Shown: positions 1 through 10,323, numbered from the stretch's first letter. The stretch is 64,000 nt of DNA from an uncultured bacterium (GCA_963718575.1 OY970358.1:98723-162722), one strand, 5' to 3'. A program made the numbers and translations. The notes: a model not told the origin generated them from the sequence alone.

Positions 1-294
1 CCTTTGGCGAAAGTAAGCAAGCTCTATGCCTACGCATATCCCGCGATTGAGGTTTATCTCGGCGTGTCGTACACTTTCCGCCTTTTCTCGCTCACGGTCG
101 CTGATTTCCTGACTGTCATCATCCTTGGCATCGCGACTGTCGGCGTTATCAACGTGTTGGACAGTGAAACGCCAGTGCAATGCGCCTGTCTTGGCGGATT
201 TTTCAGCATCCCGATCACATGGGTTACGTTTCTAGAAAATATCCTGATGATCGCCATGGCAGTCTCAATGCAGTTCGCCATTTGGAGAATCTAA
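1..294 (+). CDS. MauE/DoxX-family membrane protein (5' truncated by window)
   Basis: Hydrophobic helices with YPxIE and CACLG...ITWVTFLEN motifs typical of MauE-like proteins. Confidence 0.7.
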   Translation, partial: PLAKVSKLYAYAYPAIEVYLGVSYTFRLFSLTVADFLTVIILGIATVGVINVLDSETPVQCACLGGFFSIPITWVTFLENILMIAMAVSMQFAIWRI

Positions 295-300
295 AGAAAA

Positions 301-328
301 GAGCCCCGGACAGAATCGTCGGGGGCTC
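301..328. terminator. Hairpin between convergent genes, probable intrinsic terminator
   Basis: GAGCCCC(G)GAC...GTCGGGGGCTC inverted repeat preceded by an A-run. Confidence 0.55.
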
Positions 329-346
329 GGTTATGAGATTGAAAAC

Positions 347-967
347 TTAGGCTGCCGCGCTGACGAGGACAAGCTCCTCGTCATGAACGACTGCCGGAAG
401 GGCGTGCAGCACGGCTCGCATGCGCCGCCACATGGTGAGTTGATCGGGTGTGACGTCCGTTCCGCGAATGGTCGGACGATATTCGATGTTTGTCCGGCCG
501 TAGGCATGGCGACGGGACTCGTTGAAAGCGCGAACCCAGTTCCGCCACGTGCCATCGGCATACTGTTCCGTGGTTACGCCGCCGCATCCGCAGTCCATTG
601 AGAACTCGACGCGACAGCCGTGGTTTCGTTCAGCCCAGTCGGAGGCCTTCTGCCACATGTAACTGCCGAGCGCGGTGTTCTCCATCCATTCGACGATGCC
701 GTCCATCTCGGGGATTTTAACCACCGTTCGTGGCTCGTCGGGATCGATGCCGGCGAAGGGAATATAACGGACGCCGCGCCGGTCAGGTTCAACGGAAAGG
801 ATTCCGGCGAAGAGAACGAGATCGGCGGTAAGCGGGACGCATCCGTCCACGCTCATCGCTTTGAGCATCCCTTCGAAATCAATACCCGGGAAGTGGCTTC
901 GCAGTATCGGAACGTCTTCCGCTACCGCTGGCCGTTCCCAGGGCTGGTTCCTCGTTTGTACGCACAT
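347..967 (-). CDS. Hypothetical protein
   Basis: 206-aa ORF with upstream GGAG RBS (aaggagcagtaacctATG); CGCGG motif; no family recognised. Confidence 0.6.
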   Translation of the reverse strand: MCVQTRNQPWERPAVAEDVPILRSHFPGIDFEGMLKAMSVDGCVPLTADLVLFAGILSVEPDRRGVRYIPFAGIDPDEPRTVVKIPEMDGIVEWMENTALGSYMWQKASDWAERNHGCRVEFSMDCGCGGVTTEQYADGTWRNWVRAFNESRRHAYGRTNIEYRPTIRGTDVTPDQLTMWRRMRAVLHALPAVVHDEELVLVSAAA

Positions 968-1095
968 AGGTTACTGCTCCTTTGCAAAGGATTGAGATCA
1001 GCTCATCTGACGACGAACTGCTCTAATCATACCGCATATAAAAATTGCCCGCAGGGGTTCTGCGGGCAACGATAGGGGTGGCGTAGCAGCGTGTG

Positions 1096-1461
1096 CTACA
1101 TGTGCATGTGTGGGTCCATGTGCTCCATTGTTTTGTCGTTTCCTATCCACGGGAAGATGTGGTGCCGATGAGGATACCAGAGGGCGAGGACAACGACAGA
1201 GATTGCGACGACAATAATGCGGTTGGTTTTGTTCGTCTTTTTCCATCGCGAGAACGACCAGATAATACAGCCGATCGAGATGAGAAAAAGAAGCGGGACG
1301 AACTTGTGGATGTTCGCGGCGAACGCGGTTCCGATGCCGAGCGCCGAAAGCGCTATGGCGATCAAACACGGAACATGGGCGAGCAACGAGACGCCGACGA
1401 GACTCGCGCTCTTCGAGCAATCGCATCGGCCTTCGGGACACGTGCAGCAGGCGCAGGGCAT
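1096..1461 (-). CDS. MerC/MerT-like small metal-transport membrane protein
   Basis: About three TM segments, HVPC motif in TM1, Cys-rich N-terminus, His/Met-rich C-terminus; GGAG RBS. Confidence 0.55.
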   Translation of the reverse strand: MPCACCTCPEGRCDCSKSASLVGVSLLAHVPCLIAIALSALGIGTAFAANIHKFVPLLFLISIGCIIWSFSRWKKTNKTNRIIVVAISVVVLALWYPHRHHIFPWIGNDKTMEHMDPHMHM

Positions 1462-1706
1462 TGACGGCTCCTTTCTCCTGGCGAGAGCTGGAATAAGTAT
1501 AAATGTTTTTAGAAATAAAAGTCATAACAGAGATGACCGTACTCGGAATCGGACCAATTTCAGGACAAAATTAAAGAAAATCGAAAATGAGAATGCAGGT
1601 TTTATGGGCTTAAAATAACGAAGAGTTCGATTGTAAGCGCAGCAGCCGACAGGATATAATGCAGTGCAAACTGGGTCGGGTCAAAACCCCGACTGTGGGT
1701 TGCTCG

Positions 1707-4676
1707 CTATTCCCTTAAATCGAATATCTTCTGGGCAACTAAATCGAACATTTTCTTCTCAATGTATTTTTTGAGTTCGGAATTTTCAGTCAACTGCTCC
1801 CATAGCTTTCGATCGCTCTCAAATTGATCATCCACCTTCTCGGTAAACACCCCTCCAAAATGTACCGATGCATTTTGCTTCGTATTGTTCGTGACCACGT
1901 TTTGCAACTCCTCATCCGAAGATAGCTCCTCCGTCATAGCGCCCAAAGTTTTTTGTTGCCCGACACCAAAATCAACACCCCACCGTTTATTAACGTCCTG
2001 AACGATTTTAGATAAAACATCCTCAATTTCTTGTGGGGGCGCTTCAGGAATTGGCTCGACTTGGCGCACATCTCCGGCATTGCCCTCTAAACGTATTTGC
2101 ATTTTTAGCTTTCGAACAACACGAACTGAATCAACATCCAGATAATCCAAGATTTCTATCAACGGCCGCCGAGGATCGCGCGGAAGTTTTTTAAGAAGAT
2201 ATTTGAGTAAGAGGTAAAGTTTTTCGTGAGAAATGTCTGAATAGCCAAGCACCTGCGCAATAAACGGATATCGCTTAACATAACTACTCGCGACGCTCAG
2301 GAATCTTCCATATTCATTCTCTACAACAATGCCCGAGTCATCATTTTTGTGATTTAGCAAAACAACCTTATCCGCAATTTCGTCGAGGAAGGCGTTGGCT
2401 TCTTTATGAATTTCTCTAGATTCCGGATCTAATAAGTCCGCGAACCGTTTGAGGACTTCTTCAGGAATCCGGAAAATCATAAAGAGTTCTCTGCGCAAAT
2501 CATTTAAGGAATTAATATCGGTCCCCTCCGATAAAATGGTGCTGGTATAGTAGGGCTCAAAAGACCGTTTTATATCGTCCGTCTCATTAACGAAATCGAG
2601 CACAAACACCTCATCCTTACCACGCGTAGTCCGGTTAAGTCTCGAAAGGGTTTGCACCGCCTGAACTCCAGAAAGTCTTTTGTCGACGTACATGGCACAG
2701 AGATAGGGTTCATCGAATCCGGTTTGAAATTTTTCTGCAACGATCAGAAAGCGATATTCCGGCTTTTTAAATTCTCTGGCCGTATTGTTTTCGGGGATAC
2801 CATCGTTTATAGAGGCTTCGGTATACGAAACCCCATCAATCTCTATCGTATCCGTAAAAGCCGCGAGAGTTTTATAGGGATAATTATTTTTTTGAAGATA
2901 AGCATCCAGTTCCAACTTATAGCGCACGGCAGCTTCGCGAGATGATGTGACTATCATCGCCTTCGATTCCCCGCGAAGAAGGCTGGAAATCGTGTTCTCA
3001 AAATGGCCAAGAATTACGTCTATTTTCTGCTGAAGTGCGACTTCGTGAAGATGCACATAATGCAATATCGCCGAAAGTGCGCGGCTTCGAGGAACCATAG
3101 GGTCTTGTGCCGCTTTTTTGATCAGCTTAAAGTAGGTCTTATATGTCGTGTAGTTGGTCAAAACGTCGACAATAAATCCCTCTTCAATCGCTTGACGCAT
3201 AGAATAAAGACTGAAGGGCTTAAACGATCCGTCATGCTCTTTCTCGCCAAAACGTTCCATAGTTTCATGGCGCGGTGTCGCGGTAAAAGCAAAATAGCTC
3301 AAGTTGTTCGGTTGCCTTCGACTGATGACTTGCTTTAATAGCCATCCTTCCGGGTCCTCATCGTTTCTTCCAATAACTTCGTGAACGGCACGTACTGTCT
3401 CTCCAGATTGCGAAGAATGAGCCTCATCGACAATCAAGGCAAAATGTTTTCCCGGCATGGACCCGATTGTATCTATGATATATGGAAATTTTTGTATCGT
3501 TGTCGTAATAATTTTCGCGCCTCCTTCTAAAGACTCTCTCAATTTACTGGACGTATCTTGATCGCCGACGGTGACGAGTACGCCAGGAGTTGAAGCAAAC
3601 GACCCTACCGTTTCCCTGAGTTGTTTATCCAAAATACGACGATCAGTAAGTACAAGCACCGTGTCGTAGACCTTCTTATTTTCCTCGGTGTGCAATTCTG
3701 CAAGACGATAGGCAAGCCATGCGATCGTCATGCTTTTGCCGCTCCCTGCACTATGTTGGATCAGATAATTTTTTCCGGCACCACTATGACGAGCCCCTCC
3801 CATCAAATCTTTCACTGTATGCCATTGATGATATCGTGGAAATACCTGAACCAGGACTCGATATTCCTTACCGTTTCGATCTTCTCTTACTTCAGTATAT
3901 GTGTGAACAAAAAATTGCAGCAAGTCGGACCAGTTATCGGGCGACCATGTTTCCTCCCACAAATAGTGGGTTTTATGCTTCTCTCCGGCTGGAGGGTTGC
4001 CCGCTCCATCTTTAAACCCCTTGTTAAATGGGAGGAAATAGGTCTGATCTTCTTTGAGATGAGTCGTGAGGTAAGCTTCGCTCGTATCGACGGCAAAGTG
4101 GGCTATGCATCGACGAAATGAAAAAAGTTTTTCGTCAGGATTGCGATCCGTGCGATATTGTCGCATCGCGTGATGAACATTCTGTCCCGTCAACTCATTT
4201 TTCAATTCTGCCGTCATAATAGGCAAACCATTCACAAAAACAACGAGATCGACGGACTGCTCCGTCAGGCGACTGAATTTCACTTGTCGCATAACCGACC
4301 AGATATTTTTCTTGAACAGGTCATTTATGTCGGGGTTTAATGAAGTCACTGGCCGGAAAAACATCATATGCAAGCGAACCGGGCCTTCTTCGATACCTTT
4401 CCGTAAAACATCAATCAAGCCGCGGCTTGAGATTTCAGCATCAATGCGTCGCGTCAATCTATCTTCGAGCGAGCCACCATACATATCGGTTAATTTTTCC
4501 ATTTCTTGCGGTTGGGATTTTTTCAAAAAATCAAAAATCAAACCAACATCAATGGAAAATTCTTTATTGTAGTCGGAATCTGCATCACGCATCCGATATC
4601 CATGCATGTTTGTCAAGGTATCGGCGATATAGCGCTCAAATGCCTCTTCCTTTAGATTTTTATGAATATTTGCCAT
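1707..4676 (-). CDS. hsdR: Type I restriction enzyme R subunit
   Basis: VDLVVFVNGLPIMTAELKN nuclease motif, QHSAGSGKS Walker A, IVDEAH, FTATP, KFQTGFD, QTLSRLNR. Confidence 0.95.
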   Translation of the reverse strand: MANIHKNLKEEAFERYIADTLTNMHGYRMRDADSDYNKEFSIDVGLIFDFLKKSQPQEMEKLTDMYGGSLEDRLTRRIDAEISSRGLIDVLRKGIEEGPVRLHMMFFRPVTSLNPDINDLFKKNIWSVMRQVKFSRLTEQSVDLVVFVNGLPIMTAELKNELTGQNVHHAMRQYRTDRNPDEKLFSFRRCIAHFAVDTSEAYLTTHLKEDQTYFLPFNKGFKDGAGNPPAGEKHKTHYLWEETWSPDNWSDLLQFFVHTYTEVREDRNGKEYRVLVQVFPRYHQWHTVKDLMGGARHSGAGKNYLIQHSAGSGKSMTIAWLAYRLAELHTEENKKVYDTVLVLTDRRILDKQLRETVGSFASTPGVLVTVGDQDTSSKLRESLEGGAKIITTTIQKFPYIIDTIGSMPGKHFALIVDEAHSSQSGETVRAVHEVIGRNDEDPEGWLLKQVISRRQPNNLSYFAFTATPRHETMERFGEKEHDGSFKPFSLYSMRQAIEEGFIVDVLTNYTTYKTYFKLIKKAAQDPMVPRSRALSAILHYVHLHEVALQQKIDVILGHFENTISSLLRGESKAMIVTSSREAAVRYKLELDAYLQKNNYPYKTLAAFTDTIEIDGVSYTEASINDGIPENNTAREFKKPEYRFLIVAEKFQTGFDEPYLCAMYVDKRLSGVQAVQTLSRLNRTTRGKDEVFVLDFVNETDDIKRSFEPYYTSTILSEGTDINSLNDLRRELFMIFRIPEEVLKRFADLLDPESREIHKEANAFLDEIADKVVLLNHKNDDSGIVVENEYGRFLSVASSYVKRYPFIAQVLGYSDISHEKLYLLLKYLLKKLPRDPRRPLIEILDYLDVDSVRVVRKLKMQIRLEGNAGDVRQVEPIPEAPPQEIEDVLSKIVQDVNKRWGVDFGVGQQKTLGAMTEELSSDEELQNVVTNNTKQNASVHFGGVFTEKVDDQFESDRKLWEQLTENSELKKYIEKKMFDLVAQKIFDLRE

Positions 4677-4677
4677 G

Positions 4678-5913
4678 TTAGATTTTAATTTTTCCAGTCA
4701 CCGCAGCGTTAATCAGAGATGATCGATAGCTCTCAACTAATTGCCGCTGAGATTGAAATATCTCTACGGAGCGATTAATTTTCCCGCACCTCTCGTCAAG
4801 CAACTTAGCTATCGCCGTTTGTCTCGAGCGGCTCGGAACAGCTATAGGCAATGAACCCAGTCTGTATTCACCGATTCCGGGATAATTGACCCCGATTGAA
4901 TTTGCCATTACTTCGGCTAAGAAATCTTCGCTCTGGAGGGCCCAAAAAAGATAGTCACCATTGATCTGCCTTGGATGGAGGACAGCAAAACCAGTAGAAA
5001 ATACTCGGGGTCGATTTTTGTGGGTTATTTTTGCTATCGCCTTTAAATAAGTTCTCACCGTCGAAATAACCACATCCCCTTCCTCTGCCAATCGACGTGC
5101 GCGTGAAGGTGCGTCTGCAAATCTGTACAGTTGAGGGGGTTGGATTTTTCCCGTGCCATCAATATTGCCTATGTCTACATATTCGAACTCAAAATCAGGA
5201 TCGGTATTTTCAGGCAACGTTTTTTGATTTATATCAGCGATATATTTTAATTTTTTGACAGGGAATTTCTTCGAAATGTTTCGAGTTATAAGAGCGGCGC
5301 GATATTCGTTTAGCTTGTTGATTTGCAAGTTAATAAGCTCAAGGGTCTTGTCCAAAATTCTCGTACGATCTTCTAAAAAATTGCTGATTTTTTCCTGTGT
5401 GTTGATTGAAGGAACCAGGATCGGCAGATATTTCAATGCTTCGTATCCTATAGATTGGCGGACACCGCCACCCATACCATAAAATACTTTTGCGGTGTCA
5501 TAGGTATGTAATAAATAGTAAAGATAGCGAGAATCCAGTTTCTTCCTATTAACCCTTAGCCCAAGGTAGGCAGAAGTAATCATCCCCGCTTGTTTTACGA
5601 GGCCGACCCTCAAACTTTCGTGATCATTTTGTAAATCCGTCAGACGCAAGACTATATCGCCGGAATTTAGTGACTGATACGATTCGAACGACTCTGGCAA
5701 TAGGCCAAAATTTAGGTCAATGTTCCTTTGTATGATTTTCCCATAGCTCAGAGATAGAACATTCTCATTCTTGCTCGGATCGTTTTTAAGAATATTTTCA
5801 GCAGCCACCGTACGTAAAGGCAAAATCTCCCATTGATCACTGGGAATGTCCCCTACCCAAGCAATCTTGGAGGGTTTGTAATGTGTATATCCCGAATATC
5901 TTTGCCGTTTCAT
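4678..5913 (-). CDS. hsdS: Type I R-M specificity subunit
   Basis: Two TRD + conserved-helix repeats (LPILVPSINTQEKI; LPIAVPSRSRQTAI...SLINAAVTGKI); between hsdM and hsdR. Confidence 0.92.
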   Translation of the reverse strand: MKRQRYSGYTHYKPSKIAWVGDIPSDQWEILPLRTVAAENILKNDPSKNENVLSLSYGKIIQRNIDLNFGLLPESFESYQSLNSGDIVLRLTDLQNDHESLRVGLVKQAGMITSAYLGLRVNRKKLDSRYLYYLLHTYDTAKVFYGMGGGVRQSIGYEALKYLPILVPSINTQEKISNFLEDRTRILDKTLELINLQINKLNEYRAALITRNISKKFPVKKLKYIADINQKTLPENTDPDFEFEYVDIGNIDGTGKIQPPQLYRFADAPSRARRLAEEGDVVISTVRTYLKAIAKITHKNRPRVFSTGFAVLHPRQINGDYLFWALQSEDFLAEVMANSIGVNYPGIGEYRLGSLPIAVPSRSRQTAIAKLLDERCGKINRSVEIFQSQRQLVESYRSSLINAAVTGKIKI

Positions 5914-7946
5914 ATCCCTGATTTTTTTAACAAATCACGTATTTCAACTTCACCGCTTTTTATCTCCTGCTCTATATCAGACAACTCTCTTGGATGCTCA
6001 TATTTATAAAAATATTTCGTGAACGGGATCTCGTATCCAACGATGCCCACCCGACCATCTTTTTCGTCACAGATCGAAGTATCTATCCACGCATCGGGTA
6101 CGTAAGGCTTTACTTCTCGAGTAAAATATTTGTCGATACTTTCTCCAAGCGGCACTCTTTCATAATCTTTGAGCTCATTATCTGGCTCAGAATTGCCAGC
6201 GCCATCCAAACAAACCTCCGCTCGCTCATCGCGTTTGCCGATAGTGTTTATAATCGCGTTGAGTTTTCGCTTCTGAAAAACGAGCTCAAGGTGGTCCGAT
6301 TCTTTCTTGAGTTTGGCGAGAAAATTGGGTCTATCCATAAAAACTTTTCCCTTAAGTGTCCTAACGATCTCAAATTCTGTGACGTCAAGCAAACCCTTAA
6401 GAAGTAATAAGGATTTTTCATCAACTTCAAACCTCAGCCGGAGGGGCCGCTGAATGGTAATTTCACGATAACCAAACTCGCTGACATTAAAGATTTTCGA
6501 ATATTTGCTAACTTTGAAATCACGATAGATAGTCAGTATCCGACCAATATCTTCGGTCGAAATTTCATAGCGTTTATGTCCCATATTTTTCCGCAAGGTA
6601 TGCCGGAAAGACCTTGCGTCAATAAGTTGAATTTTATCGCGCCGATCGGCGCTTTTCCGATTCGACAAGATCCATATGTAAGTGGCTATCCCCGTATTAA
6701 AAAATAATTGGTCAGGCAAAGCGACTATCGCTTTATCGAAATCATTTTCCATAATCCATCGCCTTATTTCACTTTCGCCCGATCCGGCATTGCCCGTAAA
6801 TAAAGGTGATCCGTTAAATATAACTCCGGCCACACTGCCACCTTCGGAACGCGGTTTGAATTTTGATACGATATGTTGCAGAAAAAGCAGTTGGCCGTCC
6901 GATATTCTGGGCAGTCCCGCTCCAAAACGCCCAGCAGATCCGCGTTCATGTTCGCGCTCAACCACTTCTTGGTCTTTTTTCCACTCTACGCCGTAGGGTG
7001 GGTTACAAATGACGTAGTCAAACTTCTTATCTGCATGCTGATCATTGGATAAGGTGCTTGCCTTGTCGTGCTCCCTGTCGCCACCCTTGATGTCATCAGC
7101 ATTTTCCCCCTTTAGTAACATATCCGCCTTACAAATTGCATAAGTTGCAGCGTTGAGCTCTTGGCCGAATAAATGAATCTTCGCATCTTTATTAAACTGA
7201 GTTTGAATATAATCTTTGCCGGTCGTAAGCATGCCGCCAGTTCCACAGGCCGGATCATACAACAACTTCACAATGCCAGGCTTCGATAGTTCTTTTTCTT
7301 CCCCGGCAAAAATCAGAGCCGTCATCAAACGCACAACGTCTCTCGGCGTATAGTGCTCTCCGGCGGTTTCGTTCGACTGTTCGGCAAACCGCCGAATCAG
7401 GTCCTCGAAAGCGAGGCCGATAACATGATTCGGCACCCGATCAGGGTGCAAATCGACCTTCTCGAATTCTTGCAGCACAAGATAGAGAATATTACTGCCC
7501 TCTAATCGTTCAAGCTGTTTTTCGAAATCAAATTTTTCTATAATTTCTTTGACATTATCCGAGAAGCCGTCGATATATCGACGAAGATTGCGAGCGATAT
7601 GTGCCGGATCTTCTAAGAGCTTCTTAAACGTGAACGGCGATATATTATAAAAATCGTAGCCGCTTGCGCGCCGTAGGATACGAAGGTTATGCACTTTCCC
7701 ATCCAGCTCGTTGAACTTTTCAAGAACCTTCTGTTTCGTTGGTTCAAGAGCGGCGTCCAATCTCTTGAGCACAGTCAGCGGCAGAATGACGTCTTGATAC
7801 TCGTGCGCTTTCCACGATCCGCGGAGGTGGTTGGCGATATTCCAGATTGTGTTCGAAATTTTACGATAGTTTTCTTCCATGAGGAAATCTTCAATCTGGA
7901 AACGGTTTATTAAATCTTTATTAAATTGTAGGTTCTTTGCCTTCAT
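5910..7946 (-). CDS. hsdM: Type I R-M N6-adenine methyltransferase (start may be ATG 7880)
   Basis: GEHYTPRDVV, YDPACGTGGML (SAM binding), NPPY catalytic motif. Confidence 0.95.
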   Translation of the reverse strand: MKAKNLQFNKDLINRFQIEDFLMEENYRKISNTIWNIANHLRGSWKAHEYQDVILPLTVLKRLDAALEPTKQKVLEKFNELDGKVHNLRILRRASGYDFYNISPFTFKKLLEDPAHIARNLRRYIDGFSDNVKEIIEKFDFEKQLERLEGSNILYLVLQEFEKVDLHPDRVPNHVIGLAFEDLIRRFAEQSNETAGEHYTPRDVVRLMTALIFAGEEKELSKPGIVKLLYDPACGTGGMLTTGKDYIQTQFNKDAKIHLFGQELNAATYAICKADMLLKGENADDIKGGDREHDKASTLSNDQHADKKFDYVICNPPYGVEWKKDQEVVEREHERGSAGRFGAGLPRISDGQLLFLQHIVSKFKPRSEGGSVAGVIFNGSPLFTGNAGSGESEIRRWIMENDFDKAIVALPDQLFFNTGIATYIWILSNRKSADRRDKIQLIDARSFRHTLRKNMGHKRYEISTEDIGRILTIYRDFKVSKYSKIFNVSEFGYREITIQRPLRLRFEVDEKSLLLLKGLLDVTEFEIVRTLKGKVFMDRPNFLAKLKKESDHLELVFQKRKLNAIINTIGKRDERAEVCLDGAGNSEPDNELKDYERVPLGESIDKYFTREVKPYVPDAWIDTSICDEKDGRVGIVGYEIPFTKYFYKYEHPRELSDIEQEIKSGEVEIRDLLKKSGI

Positions 7947-9292
7947 TTTTCAATGATTTCTGACGCCGCCGCCAATCGCACCACCTTATCCTTGAATACC
8001 AGCCTACTCTTGAGGCACGCCAGCACTTCCCGTTTCTCTGTCACGGTACCCTCGGCAAGGAGATACTTCACGTAGTTCTTGATGTCGACCTCATCCATTT
8101 CGACTCGTTCCGGATTCGTTCCAAGGACGCTTCGCTGGAATTTGCGGAATCGCCCGACCTCTTCATCGAATTTGTGCTTGACGCCCAGCTCGTTCACGTC
8201 GATCTGATCGATGATGACGAGGAGCTGGCGGATGAGCTCATCCTCACGGATGTATCCGGCTTGGCACTTATGGTCGCGCGATCGTGTGCAGCCGTAGTAA
8301 ACGTACCGATGAGTGTTTCCATTTTTGAACTCCTTGAGTCTTTCATTCGCTGTGACGCCCGATCCACAGAGACCACACGCAATGAGCCGCGTGAAGGCAA
8401 ATTCCTTAGCTTCTCTGGCCATCTCTTTACGCTTCAACTGCGCGTTCGCTTTTTCAAAGAGTTCACGCGTTACAAGCGGCTCGTGCTTTCCCGTATAGAA
8501 ATTGCCGCTTTCTTTCGGATATTCGAGGATGCCGTAATAGAAGTGGTTTTGGATGATGAGATACACGTTGCCAAGCGTGAGATGATGATTATTTTTTGTT
8601 CTGAAATTCAGATCAAATTTGAGCCAATGGAATACCTTCATACCGCTCCATCCCTCATAGGCGAACTTCTCGAAGATCTGCTTGATGACGGGAGAGCGTT
8701 CCGGATCGACGAGAACTTGGCATTTGCGATCGCTCCTCTTTTCGTTGAGATAACCCGTCGGCGCGTGGCCGGGCCAAAGTCCCATCTCAAGTCGTGTTCG
8801 CAAGCCTCTTTTTACGTTGATCGATTTTTGATCATTTTCTAATTTTGCCTGCGAACACAGAATCATGAGCAGAAACTTCTCATTCGGATTATTCGTGAAT
8901 CGCTGGCTAAAGGTTCGTATCTCGGTGAGAAGTTTTTGATCCATGAGATCGACGAGCGATCCGAGATCTCCTGCGTTTCTGCTTAATCGATCCGGTGCCC
9001 ACGTAAGGATGCCAGTGTATCGCCCGCTCCGGATGTCCTTGAGGATCTCAGCAAAGACTGGGCGTTGGCCTGAGTCTTTCGCGGAATGTGACTCCCGCCT
9101 GATGTCCACGATCTGCAATCCCTCACGCTCGGCGAGCTGCAACATTTCTCGCACCTGACTATCGATACTCAAAACTTGTCGCTCTTCGCTCTCTGTACTT
9201 TTTCTCGCATAGAGGCAATACTTGACCTTTTCTGGGAGCGGCTGTGTCGTCGGGGTCCCCGCTGCCACGGACGCCATAGTTTGGTTTGTCAT
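7943..9292 (-). CDS. Large serine recombinase (LSR1)
   Basis: YARKS catalytic Ser, DRLSRN, recombinase domain, Zn ribbon CGLCG...YYGC...C. Confidence 0.92.
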   Translation of the reverse strand: MTNQTMASVAAGTPTTQPLPEKVKYCLYARKSTESEERQVLSIDSQVREMLQLAEREGLQIVDIRRESHSAKDSGQRPVFAEILKDIRSGRYTGILTWAPDRLSRNAGDLGSLVDLMDQKLLTEIRTFSQRFTNNPNEKFLLMILCSQAKLENDQKSINVKRGLRTRLEMGLWPGHAPTGYLNEKRSDRKCQVLVDPERSPVIKQIFEKFAYEGWSGMKVFHWLKFDLNFRTKNNHHLTLGNVYLIIQNHFYYGILEYPKESGNFYTGKHEPLVTRELFEKANAQLKRKEMAREAKEFAFTRLIACGLCGSGVTANERLKEFKNGNTHRYVYYGCTRSRDHKCQAGYIREDELIRQLLVIIDQIDVNELGVKHKFDEEVGRFRKFQRSVLGTNPERVEMDEVDIKNYVKYLLAEGTVTEKREVLACLKSRLVFKDKVVRLAAASEIIEK

Positions 9293-9303
9293 AACTCAAA
9301 GGG

Positions 9304-9329
9304 GCCGCAACGGCACCCAGAAGTCCAGC
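9304..9329. repeat. Copy 1 of GCCGCAA(Y)GGC-Nx-AAG(T)CCAGC motif
   Basis: GCCGCAACGGCACCCAGAAGTCCAGC; related copies at 10367-10391 and 10568-10587. Confidence 0.6.
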
Positions 9330-9341
9330 CCCTCGAAAGCC

Positions 9342-9371
9342 TTGCAAAAGGCCCTTTAAAAGCTCTACAAT
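9342..9371 (+). promoter_or_regulatory. Sigma70-like promoter for leaderless gene at 9378
   Basis: TTGCAA-N18-TACAAT, 6 nt before ATG. Confidence 0.55.
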
Positions 9372-9377
9372 CTCCCC

Positions 9378-10136
9378 ATGAATCCGGCGAATCTTCCCGC
9401 CCTCTATAACCTCATGGTGTCGCTAGTGCCTCCGGCAGTACTACTCGCAGTGCTCGCCTACTTCGTGCGCTTCTTTGGAAGAGTCATCGTTGATCAGAAA
9501 CCTTTTTGCGACGACCGCGATTGGGAGATAGAAGTCGCGGGAACTTTCTTCCTTCTCCTGCTTATAATTCTTCCGGCAGTACTCGGCGCGGTCGCGGCGT
9601 CATCGTGGGGCGGCCTCGGCACCGGCCATTGGATGCGTCTCGTTATCGTTCTCCTATTGATGTCTTGGCTTTTCATGATCAACGGCATTTTGGCCGAAAA
9701 ATTCTATGCGATAAAACTCCCTTTGGTCAATTTTTTCTTTATGTTTATTCCCCAAAAAGATCACGAAGCGCTCAAGAAGGACATGCTCACCTTCAATCGC
9801 TTTCTGCCGCTCTACGTTTTTTCCTTCATTTTCGCGTATATTTTCTCGCTGGAATACCATTCTGGAAGCGTTGCCTGGATTATCGTAACGGGAATCTTGC
9901 TTTTTATCAGCTTCATCCTCATGGCGCTCGATTTTTCGCTTCTCAAGGAACGACTGCCGCAAGTTGATATTCTTTTCATAGACAAAGATGAACCACCGAT
10001 CCGGGACGTGGCCCTTCTAAAAATAAATCAAGATAATGTGCGCATTATGGAAAAAGAGACAAAGCAGGTGATCATACTCAATAAAAGCCAGATCCGACGA
10101 ATAGAATATTTTCCACCGAAGGAATTGCAGGGATAA
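9378..10136 (+). CDS. Multi-pass membrane protein with small C-terminal beta-rich domain
   Basis: 252 aa, about 5 TM segments, own promoter, downstream hairpin. Confidence 0.75.
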   Translation: MNPANLPALYNLMVSLVPPAVLLAVLAYFVRFFGRVIVDQKPFCDDRDWEIEVAGTFFLLLLIILPAVLGAVAASSWGGLGTGHWMRLVIVLLLMSWLFMINGILAEKFYAIKLPLVNFFFMFIPQKDHEALKKDMLTFNRFLPLYVFSFIFAYIFSLEYHSGSVAWIIVTGILLFISFILMALDFSLLKERLPQVDILFIDKDEPPIRDVALLKINQDNVRIMEKETKQVIILNKSQIRRIEYFPPKELQG

Positions 10137-10185
10137 TAAAAAAGAACAGCTCAGTCGGCTATTCTTTTGTTTCTCTCTTCCGAAA

Positions 10186-10323
10186 TTACGATTCGATAAT
10201 TTTGTCCGCAGCCTTCTCAATTTTCCGTTCGCGCCACGCCCGTAGAATCGCCCCCGCGATGATGAGAGCGAAGATGGTGAGCGGTACTCCGCCGAAGATC
10301 AAGAGAATAATGATTGTTTCCAT
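10186..10323 (-). CDS. Small single-TM protein (45 aa)
   Basis: METIIILLIFGGVPLTIFALIIAGAILRAWRERK: hydrophobic helix followed by basic residues. Confidence 0.5.
   Translation of the reverse strand: METIIILLIFGGVPLTIFALIIAGAILRAWRERKIEKAADKIIES

Noticed and set aside
1630-1706. tRNA fragment or att site at the left island edge (GTCGGG-TCAAAA-CCCCGAC)
   Set aside because: No cloverleaf or CCA and no matching repeat at the right edge
4678-5913. hsdS phase variation by the neighbouring recombinase
   Set aside because: Only one hsdS; no silent TRD copies or inverted repeats seen
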